NCBI GenBank assembly: GCA_964247055.1
Contig: OZ176055.1
Coordinates: 9,486,001 to 9,550,000 of the forward strand
Length of the DNA: 64,000 nucleotides
Reading direction: 5' to 3'
Source of the DNA: Paragordius varius
Lineage: Eukaryota; Animalia; Nematomorpha
The notes under the pieces were generated by a model. That model made no database searches. It was given only the letters and a program-made list of their open reading frames with translations, and had not been told where the DNA came from. How positions within the stretch are numbered: the stretch's first letter is position 1; the number at the start of each line of letters is the position of its first letter. Below are positions 49,901 to 60,667 of the stretch, piece after piece. A program made the translations under genes and the position numbers.

Positions 49901-52152
49901 TGTGTTTCCTTAAAACGGGTTCTATAAAGGTTTGAAAGTTTTTTACAATTTTTACAGTATGCATTTTATTGATTGCTTATTTCACAACACTATAGTAGGG
50001 CGATTCGCAACACAGTAAGTAGTGTATGGAAAAAACAACGAAATGTTGAATAAACAATTATTTCGTCTGCTTTTTTCCATACACACTTGTTTTGCAAATC
50101 GCTCTACTATAGTGTGAAATAAACAACCATTAAAATGCATACTGTATTTAAATTTTGTGGGTTTTTACATTGTGTTTCACAACTATATCGATACAATTAT
50201 TATGTATTATACATTTTGTGTAAAATATGTAGTATTCACCCGAAGATTTAATGATCAAAGAAGTTTGTAACGGTATGGCATTGGCTGATCAAATTGATGC
50301 CGAAGTCATTGGTGAGGACCCACAAAAGTAAAATTAAATAATAACCGTTTTAAACAAAATACTATATGGGTTTTTGATATCAAAACCATTTTATATACCC
50401 AAAAAACTAAAACTGAAACCAAAAATTTGTTTAGATTTAAGACTATGTTTAAAAACATTTTTTCAAAGCTTTTACAAAATATTTATGTATGTGTTGCATT
50501 TTAGATTAGCCGCATCCTCAATGTTTAGTGTACAAGTTCCGCTTGAAGAAGTTTACCTCTGGAGCGATAAATATAAACCGAGAAAACCGCGGTTTTTTAA
50601 TCGAGTCCACACCGGTTTTGAATGGAATAAATATAATCAAACACATTACGATTTTGAAAATCCGCCGCCCAAAGTCGTACAAGGCTATAAATTTAACATT
50701 TTTTATCCGGACTTGATTGATAAAAATTTGACACCACAATACATTATAACTCCATGTTATGAACCGGGGGAGAATCATTACACTGGTAAATATTATTTTC
50801 TAACACAGAAATTAAGTTTCATTGGGATAAGATTAATCAGTAAAAATTAAGTTTTTCAAAAATGGGAAATTGTAACATAATTTTGTAGTTTTTATTTTTC
50901 TAAACAGTTTTTGAGATTAGAGTTGGGTTAAAGCTTTTTTTACCACCCTTATTTATATAGGCTCAATCTAATAAATATATATATATATATATATGAGGAT
51001 TATATTTATAAGAGTGATAAAAATACAAATGCATCCACCGTATTATAATTATTGTTATGTTTAAATTAAAAGTTACATACCAATAATTATTATTTTTAAA
51101 CACAAAAGTATTACTTTTTACAACTTTAAATAATTTGTAAATAATTTTTCGGAATGTTCTTTTTTTATTTTAAATTGTTCATTGAAGAGTTTGTCCCAAA
51201 AGAAACGTCTCTTGTAGTTTTTTTATCCATAACGTTCTATTATTTGAGCTAAGTTTATATCTAATTTGTGTTAAGCTAGATCCTCTTGAATTGTTTGCAG
51301 GAGGTATGTTTAATGTGGTCTCCCAGCTTTAGAATGAAACATGGTTTAGTATTTGGGACGGATCTCTGCTATATATATATATATATATATATATACCCGC
51401 TCATCTTAACGTACCCATTTGGATGATATCGGCTATTGATATTATTTTTAGCACACTGTGGGGTCATGGTTCGTTGTGTGTGTTTAATTTGCTTGGGATC
51501 TGCAAATATAAGTTTGTATTTTAAATTTAACGTTCTGATTGAAGTAATTTAGCGTTGAGCGTGTTTGTCAGTGCCAATGTTTGCATCGCTTTGGTGTAGA
51601 ATTGCTATTGTTGCAAGGTTAATATATCTGTTTGATAGAATAGTTTCCCACGAGTTGAATTTTTCAGAATTGAGTTATGCTAGGCTTGACAATTTCTTCA
51701 AGTCTTCCACCTGTCTATATTTTATCTCCCAGATAAACAAAGCTCTCAACTGTCTCAATCTCAAACTTGTTGATGATTTAGCTTTTTTGCCATATAAAAT
51801 TTAGGTAATTTACTTGGAAGGGTTGAAAGATTAGTAGTACATTTTTTCTGTAACCAGCATTTGCATTGTGGGCATTGGATGGAATTGCTTTTAACATCTT
51901 TTTGCCGCATTTTCGGCATGGGTATTCAATTTTTTTTGATTGCATTCATCATTACATAAAATATATTTTTTAGCGCTCACCCCTGATTTTGCCATCTTGC
52001 GGTTTACGGCCGGACCTCCTTACGAAGATATCGCCTTCAAAATTGTCAATCGTGAATGGGAAATATCTTATCGCCGCGGGTTTCGATGTCAATTCTACAA
52101 CAATATTTTCCAACTTTGGTTCCACTTTAAACGCTTCCGATACAGGAGATAG
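43943..52152 (+). CDS. CACTIN: Cactin (spliceosome C-complex factor), 11 exons
   Basis: Exons 43943-44159, 44190-44323, 44850-44941, 45406-45568, 46084-46195, 47540-47664, 48603-48970, 49617-49929, 50233-50327, 50505-50785, 51974-52152. Peptides: ETPEEKRARRLAKK, YTNVDNPFGD, EWEQQEDKFHLEQA, RAKPIDLLAKYI, KYKPRKPRFFNRVHTGFEWNKYNQTHYD, AGPPYEDIAFKIVNREWE, FQLWFHFKRFRYRR. Confidence 0.95.
46395..47500. repeat. MITE-B whose left/internal part is tandemly amplified about 7 times (about 148-bp unit) in cactin intron 5
   Basis: ATTCAAATTCACCCTAAA..TTATGTGTTTTCGG..CTAATATAA.TCATCATTAATAAGAAATATAT..ATGGCATAGTTTATTATT recurs near 46421, 46570, 46718, 46868, 47015, 47155 and 47303. One right end closes the array at about 47475-47500. 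Confidence 0.88.
49955..50144. mobile_element. MITE family D, best-preserved copy (190 bp, arms about 80 bp, TA target duplication)
   Basis: TA|CAGTATGCATTTTATTGATTGCTTATTTCACAACACTATAGTAGGGCGATTCGCAACACAG..GTGTATGGAAAAAA / TTTTTTCCATACAC..TTTGCAAATCGCTCTACTATAGTGTGAAATAAACAACCATTAAAATGCATACTG|TA. A fourth copy lies at about 61845-62015. Confidence 0.9.
51200..51920 (-). mobile_element. Decayed 3' fragment of an RTE-type LINE, antisense in the last cactin intron
   Basis: Broken minus-strand frames give VKSNSIQCPQCKCWLQKKC, EIETVESFVYLGDKI, GTLR*AG and GRPH*TYLLQTIQEDL. These match the Cys-rich insert, xCYLG box, RLRWAG and GRP..W motifs of RTE-like ORFs. A (TA)n run interrupts it at about 51371. 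Confidence 0.7.
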
Positions 52153-52379
52153 AAAATTGATATTTTTTGATTTACAAATTTTACATACATACATACATAT
52201 ATATATATATGGCAAATAAATTTTCTTTCCTTTTGTTTAAATATGATTTTAGGTTTATGAAGCATTACAATTATCCTTAAGTTTTTACAATATATATAGG
52301 GTAAGTAAATTATTATTTAGATAAAATATGTTATAAGTATCTTTCATTAATGAATAGATGAGGTGCTTATGCTTTGCTG

Positions 52380-55152
52380 ATATCATTGGTTGGTTATTCC
52401 CAAGTCGTAAACGACTTTTTGGATATAGTTTTCATTATTGATTTCCACTTTTTTCTATCTTATATTGTTACATTCATCTTAATCTCTTCTTTTATCATGT
52501 CCAATTACCTCATCGGTGTTCGGCCTCGTTTCCTTAGTCTTTTTACCTTCCCAAACCCAAACATTGTGTCTTTCTCTAGAGAATTTAATCGCATGACATG
52601 ACGAAAATATATTAACGTACTTTTTAATATTATCTCCAAGATGTTTCCTTTAGGATTTATTTCTATAGTTATATTTTGATCTTAATTTTATCTTTCCAGG
52701 ACCTAGCATACAGCAGCTCCTTTCAAAAGCCATGACACTTTCTTTGTCTCTTTTTCTGAGAGTCCAGCTCTCAGAACCATACGTGGTGACCTGGAGAAAA
52801 CAATAAAATAATCTTTTATCAACCCTTACGCTTTTGTTTTTCCAAATCTTTATTAATTTGGTGATCGCTTCTCTACCCAATCCTATTTCTGATGTCAGGA
52901 GTTAAAGGGCCATCCTCGGAAATTATAGCACCTAAAAACGTTACTACTTTTATTTTCAATTTGATAATTGTAGGCTTTTCCAGCACATAATATTTTGGTT
53001 TTGTTAGGGTTAAGCATACGATCATTACTCAAACTTTCTTTCCGAATCTTTTCAATCAATTCCATTAAATCATTTACACTTTCAGACATAAGGTGGTGAT
53101 ATCGTTTGCAAACCTCAAATTATTGATTGTTCTCCCTCCTATTCTTTCTCCAATATTTTTACCATCTAACTTTCATATCATTTCTGTGCACATATTGAGC
53201 AGATAAGGGGATAAGCAACACCTTTGTCTTGTGAGTCCCCTGCTGATGATCTTATAATCGCTCTTTGTTTTACATACCCAATGATGTTTTACTGATGGCT
53301 CTTTGTTTTACATAGAGAGAACTAATTTTTTAAGTGGGAGTATACCCCTATCTTTAATGTTTCCCACAAGGAGTCATAATTTATTGAATCAAAAGCTTGT
53401 TTGTAATCGATAAAACACATGTATAATTCTGTCTGAAACTCCCTTTAGCGTGACCTTACTAGCGTGGCTAATAAGAACTATGTTTTGGTAGTTTTCGCAC
53501 TAGATTACATCACTTTTTTGTATATTGGGAGATATACTGATGATATCCAGTCTTTTGGTCACTCACATGTTTCCCTCACCTTTTGGTATAACAACGTTTC
53601 TACAGTAATAGCCATGAACTATATTGGGATATGGTCTAATACCTCGCTTTGTTGTTAGGAACCTGTTTTAAGTCTAAATCAACCTCCTCTCTTAGTATAT
53701 CTGGATCTCCTCTTTTAATTGTAACCCTTTTGCTTGAGGGGCATATAGAGATTTTGGGTGTATTCCATCCATCTTTCTCGAGCTTCTGTTTGATTGCACA
53801 ATATGGTGCCATTCTCTTTTTCAATCTTTAGGGATGATATATAGGATTTGTAAATCATTTGCTTCAGTTTTTGAAACATTGGCTGCAATAATCTTTTTTT
53901 ATTAATTATTTCCACTTCCAGACATTGTTTATTAAGAAAATCTTCATAATCCTTCCCTGTTTGTCGTTAAAATTCTTTCTTATATATTTAACCATATTAT
54001 TATCCCCCTTAATTTAGCTTTTCTTCTGCTATTTCTAAGCTCTTTTCTGACATCCATTCATTATCTTTCCTCTTTACCATTTGCACTTTTTCTTTTGCCA
54101 CTTTATAATTAACTTTTATCGCTCCCCATAGTTGTTCGGAACTACATTCATTGCCTAATCTATCTAATCCATCTTTTATTTTTGATCTAAAACTATTTGG
54201 AATGTTCCGGTTGTCATATCTGTATGTCTGTTTAACATTATTTCTAATGATTTTAAGTTTAAGTTTTGTTAAAAGCTTATGATCGCTAGAGCAATCACTG
54301 CTTTTGCTTGTTTTTGTATTGAGTATAGAGTTTTTCCATTTTTGTGGACATATTACGGTAAAAATTGAAATTATACGGACAAAATGTAAAAATATAAAGA
54401 CATTTTTTTCAAAAGACAACCATACTATATTAAACCCTAATAATTTTATATATAACTCATTGTTTTAACAAAGTGTAATATAGAATATATATTGGCAACA
54501 CAATCAATGACATATTTTACGATTGTTATTAAATGCTTTTAATAGGATAAATCAAGGTTTAAAAAGTATAATTGTCTTTTGAAAAACAATTTTTGTCTTT
54601 ATATTACATTTTGTCCGTATAATTTCAGAATTTACTTTATCTAATCGATTTGATTTTTGTATTTGCCGCAAGGAGAGGTCCTTGTGTATAGTATTGTGTT
54701 GTGGAAGCGTATTGGTTATCATCATATCGTTTTCCTGGCAAAAATTGATCAATTGCCCAGCGTTTCGTTCTCCCAATCCATATGGCCTCAGCTTTTCATT
54801 AAAATCCTCTATGTCTTCTTTAGGAGCATTTGACGTAGGAACATAGACTGCTATATATGTAAATTCAAGTGGTTTAGCAATCAGCCCAATTCTTTGTGTA
54901 TAATGAGACAATTATTCAATTTGTTTTTTATTAATACCGCAACGCCTTCTGATTTTTGGTCATCTCTCACCGATCTTAACGATGTATATTTTTCGTTTTG
55001 TGCTTTGGCGTTACCTTTTTGCTTAGTCTACGTTAAACCCAGTATATCCAAGTTCAATCTTTCCACATTTCTCTTTCAATTCTAACCTGTTTAATTTCTG
55101 TTAATGAACGCACATTCCAGCATCCGATTTTAAACGGGTGCGTCTGTTGCAT
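52380..55152 (-). mobile_element. Near full-length, frameshifted RTE-clade LINE (APE endonuclease and reverse transcriptase) with a MITE-A inserted at 54356-54637
   Basis: From ATG 55152: KIGCWNVRSL, RLNLDILG, VYVPTSNAPKEDIEDF, YGLGERN..INFCQENDMMITNT, SDCSSDHKLL, LYMCFIDYKQAFDS, CCLSPYLLN, INNLRFANDITT (YADD position), TYGSESWTL, FRHVMRLNSLEK, RKRGRTP. Many stops and frameshifts. Confidence 0.9.
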
Positions 55153-55428
55153 AGTGTATACAAAAAAATAAATAGCCAGGATAGTGAAATAATATATATA
55201 TATATATATATATAAGAATTAAACTTTATAAGTGTTGTCAATTTTTGATAAAAATTTGAATTTTTCGATTAATATTACTCTTAATGATAATTAAGTAAAT
55301 TAAATGATTTTTAATAAAGAAAAAAAGATAAGATGTTAAATATTGTGTATAAACATTTTAGTTTATCAATTTATTAGTATTTTATTTCGAAAAATCGGAT
55401 TTTTTTTCTGTATTATGGTCAACATTTA

Positions 55429-55504
<76 letters not shown>

Positions 55505-55883
55505 AGTAAGATATGATTATTATATATGGCATCATCAGGCATTAATATATTTCTTCATTCAACAATCTTTCATACACAGGAAAAAAAGTAAAAATTAGGC
55601 AATATATTGATCACATTAAAAATGTAAGGGATATCATTTCATTGAAGGTCAATTATATTTTCAATATTGATCTAAATTTATTTATGGAATTAGGGAAAAT
55701 ATATATTTAAATATATAGGTTGAGTATAATATTGAGACGACTCTTTCAAGTAACAAGAATGTTTTTCTATTATTTTGACTTCATATTTTGTGCGGAAAAA
55801 AGAGGATTGGTATATGGTAAGGCATATTGAATAACACTAATAATTGCCATTTTTGTCTAAAGATTTTTATTTAAAAATAATAA

Positions 55884-58800
55884 TTATAATTCTTCGGGCG
55901 GGTGTTTGGATTTCTTTTGTTGGTTCGGAGTTTTAGGGCTTTCGCTATCCTCAGAAGGTAAAATTGGTATTTCGTTTTCTTGGCTAGATTCTGAGTCTAA
56001 ATATCAATGGTTATATATTATGATTGATTGTATTCGACTAAAAAGTTAATAATACTTTAAGGAAATAACTAATAATTAAATTAAAAGTCAGAAATAGATA
56101 AAACTTATATTGCAATCATATAGGTCCTAAGTAACAGATTACTTCACATAATAAAAAACTTTTTACACATATATTAAACTGTTCTAAATGATTCAACAAA
56201 TTCAACTTCTTATACAACTATAGTAACCTTGAGCGTTGGATTCTGTCTTTTCACTCTGTTCCCCTTGTTCCTCTTTTTGTGCCGCTTTTTTACTTTTATC
56301 CATGAATTCTTTAACTTTGTCTTTGAGTTTAAGGTTTTCAGTCAAAATTTTGGCTTGATTCATTGCTTCGGCCCGTCCTTTATTGCGAAGGTAGGTTAGT
56401 TCTTTCGATAATTCGTCTCGTTTTTCTTTGATAACTTTGGCGAGTATAGGTGGATTTTGATGATAAGATATGCTTTTAAACGTATCAACCGTTTGATTAA
56501 ACCATAACTATAAAACAATGTTAAAATTATAAAATTAAAATTAGACAAAACGTAAAAAGTAAACGACAAATATATATCTATTCTTATACAGACAACCCTG
56601 ATTTTTAGTAAGTAGGAATTATCGTTTTAGGTTGCAAAGTAGAAATAGAGATATAACCTAATTACCAACTCAATTATATATTTCACAATTGTAATAATTT
56701 GGGTTATATAGAAATCAAAGTTTAAAAAGGGCTTTTTTAACATTTATCTTTTAGAATTTATGTTTTGTGTTTAATTTTGATTACATACTGCATTTGCATT
56801 GAATTCTTACCTGAGTTGCATTGTAGAGCGTTTCAATTTTCTCAATTTCAACCGGAGTAAAAATGGGTTTTTCCGTCAACCAAGTCATATTTTTAACCGT
56901 GACCAAAAATTCTTTGGTTTCATTAAGGACTCGAAACATTTTATCGAGTCCCTTGAACGCTTTATCAAACATAACTATCCGATCATCGATTGGTTTAAGG
57001 GCCAATTTCAAGTCTGACAACATTTGACTAAGTTCCTAAAATGATAATAAATATAATATTCTATTGAATCTTTAATAAATCTTTCTTTTTCATAAATATC
57101 CATTTATATTTAATTTTATTTTAATGATTGGAGTTTCCGAAAACATTCTAAGATCTCTAGTATTAATAAAATTAATCGTGTTTTAGGATAATGCCAGAAA
57201 TAAATGAATATATGTAAGATATATTATCTACATTTTTTAGAGAGTACATTATATAAATTTATTGTTGGTTATTAGAAACCAATTTAATTGAAAACAATTA
57301 TGCCAAATTTTAAACCTATTGATCGTAAAAAGATATTATTTTAGGCATATCCAAAGCGAAAATTGATATCTAGTTAATTAATCCTTTATAAAAAAAATTT
57401 CAAAATTTGCAATTAAAAAACGCCAAAAATGTAATTTAATATACTTTTTTAAGTTTTAATTTATTTAAAAACCATATAATTACATAGAAAAATACCTCTT
57501 TACCAGCTTTAAAACCATGGTCATCATACCAAGCTGAAAGCTTGGTAAGTTTTGACAATATAGCATCCCGCTCTTGAGTTGAACTAAAATTTCGGAAAAT
57601 CTCATCATGTTCAAACTTATCTCTCGTGTTAAATATGGCCGCTTCCAAGGAGTTTCTGCGTTCGGCTAAATCGTTTCTTTCACTTTCTTTGCGTTTGAAT
57701 TCGGCAAGTCTTATATTTCGATTGTGTAAAATATATGAAAAAAGAAGAGATATTTGATAGTTGGAAATTACGACATTATCGGACAATTTCATGAGAACCA
57801 TAAACTCATTTTATATGAAAAATCGAATTTAAAGCTTGGAAAACATTTAAATTCCATTTACGGTTTCTAGCCAAGTTTATTTATATAAACTTAATATTTA
57901 ATTAATAGGGACAAAGTATTTTTTATCCATATGTTCAAACACTAATTTTAGTTAAAAAATAAATTTTTCGTTTTGATTTGTGATATAGATAAGGATTTAC
58001 TTTCAACGTTAAATTTTATATGTCACATTTAAATAATGTAAGTATCCGAAATATAGAGTCCAAATTTTTTATAAAAAATTCACTTATAATGTTTCATCTT
58101 AATTATGTATAATAACATAAGAGTTATTACTTTGATTGTGCATCCGCAATTTCTTGATCATCGAGTTGGGGGAAATCCAAATTTGTAATTTCAAATTTTA
58201 GCGTTTCAACCAAAGCGTAATTACTAATGTTGGCCATATTGGTGTCATTTTGATTAACATTCATTTCTTGCATCTAAAACAATGAATGGATAAAATATTT
58301 ACACCTTAACAATTTCATTATAAATATGTAATTCAATAATTATGGTTTGATAATATATCAATATAATGATAAATATATTGATCATCTCAATAAATTATGG
58401 TCAAAAATACCCCTTAAACAATTAAAACATATTATCTTTCTTAAATGAAATAATCACTGCCAAAAATTAATAAAAACCCAATCATTTCTCCGTTTGTATA
58501 GTTAAATATTAACTTAAACTTTAAAAAATTTATGCAAAATCTAATGATTTTGGCACAATTATTTCCACTAAAACATAAAATCACATACATTGTTGTTAGT
58601 TTTATTGGTATCACCCCGATCTTGATTGCTATTGGTTGTTTTATCCATATTGCTATTATTATTGAAAGTTTCATCTTCTTTCCCATCTAGTTTAGTTCTA
58701 TCATTTAAATAATCTTCATTCTTGAGTGTATCATCTCGAGAATTGGTTTCGGACTCAATTTGTCCATCGCCTTCTCCTTTGAGACCAGTAAAGAATTTTT

Positions 58801-60624
58801 TAATAGAGGAACCAATTTCTAAATCGAAGCGAAATATATATGTAAAAAATCCACAAAAAAGGTATAATTAAATTAAATTTATTATTCCATCCCCATATTT
58901 TATAGAGATTGTAATTATTTTCCTTTTATATGCAAGACTATAGTTTTTAACATTAAGTTAAATAAAAAAATCATTTTATAAAACCACTTACAACATACCA
59001 TTATACCATGCGGCTAAAAAGTACAAATGAAATAAAAAAAGTTAAAACCTTTCTCTTTTTAAAACAAAATAAGAAGTTTAGCAAAAAAACTTACTCGATA
59101 AAGTTGATTCTTCACTTGATTTATTTCGGTAAAAATGAGCATCTACCTAACAATTAAACATGAAAAGTATATTAAAATGCGTATAATAAACTATAATATA
59201 AATTGTATTATTTAAATTACAGAAAAAAGTTAAAACAAAACGTAAAAATTAATATGTTTTTTATAAAAACAACCATATGTATAAAATTTTAGTTTTACTA
59301 TATATATATATATATATATCTTATGGGTTTCAAAAAAAAATATGTACATTCACAATCGATTACGTTTTAAATTATTTAGATTAGAAAAAATCAAGATTCT
59401 TTGAGTTTCTACGTTTTATTTTAACAATTCAAATTATATTAAAACTAATTTACTTGTTTTTTTAAATAAAAAAAGATATATTAAACAAAAATAAAATTAC
59501 TTTTAAAAAATTATAAATTTCTTACTCTATCGACCTTTAGGAGACAACTTTCATCAAAGACGAAATGAACCTTAATCCCTTTAAATAGGATGTAAGGGTC
59601 ACTGGCATATTGTTGTATTATATCGGTGACGCCTTTAACATGGATTTGAGAAATGTTGAAAGATGCGAAATTTCTAGTCGAAAAAATATTCCATTTTATT
59701 AAAAATAGTTTTATCCATCATTCATTTATGAGTAAAAAATAGAAATATACGGATCAAGACCTAACTAAAAAATGAAAACTAAGTTTGTTAAATAAAATTA
59801 CATAATGTAAATTGCCTGTTTTTTGAAACTATATTTTAAAAAAAACCCGATGGGGTATAATAAAATATAGTTTTAAGGTATAAATAAGTTACCCTTGATT
59901 TTATAGTCAAAAAACCCGTAATTATATAAGAAATCAATAAAAAAATGGCTGAAAAAACATGAAACTCTTTATAAAATCGATAAGTTTATAAATAAATTTC
60001 AATTTTACTATAACTGTATCGAAAAAAAAGTTTCAGTAGTTATCTCAAAAAAAACGTATCTTAAAAAAACGTATAAACATAGTATGTACTTTAATTCGGG
60101 CTCAGATAAAAACGGCATTTCATCATAACTTATATTGAATGAAAAATCATGCATGTTTCGATTGAAAGTAACCACACGTTTTTGGCCACAAAAAGACATT
60201 CTAAAACAAAAAAATGCATATACTTTTTTAACAATTTATGAAAAATTATAAAATCTTATTTTCATAAATATGTAAAATCAATATAAAAGTAAATATTTTA
60301 TCAAAATATTTCACATATAAATCAAAAAAAAAAAAACCTTGGTATTAAAACTTTCTTAACAATTTCTCGTTCACTACCATCGTGGTTTTCATGCGAAACT
60401 TGTTCAATTTTAACCTCATTTTCAAACGTATTTTCTTTTAACACTGGTTCCTTGAAATATTCAATCTAGAAAAAAAAGGTGGAAAATTAAAAATAATTCT
60501 ATTTTAAGGTTAATTTATTAAGCAAAAGCGTAATTACCTTTATGGGGTATGGGAAGGCATCTTTTACAATGAATCGCTTTGCGACGAAACTTTGACTAAC
60601 ATAAGCAGCTTGATATGCGGCCCC

Positions 60625-60667
<43 letters not shown>

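Noticed and set aside
42464-52219. Antisense or alternative-frame ORFs over CDF and cactin exons (42464-42688, 44733-44930, 50518-50778, 50528-50716, 51970-52215, 51989-52219)
   Set aside because: They are shadows of real exons in other frames or strands.
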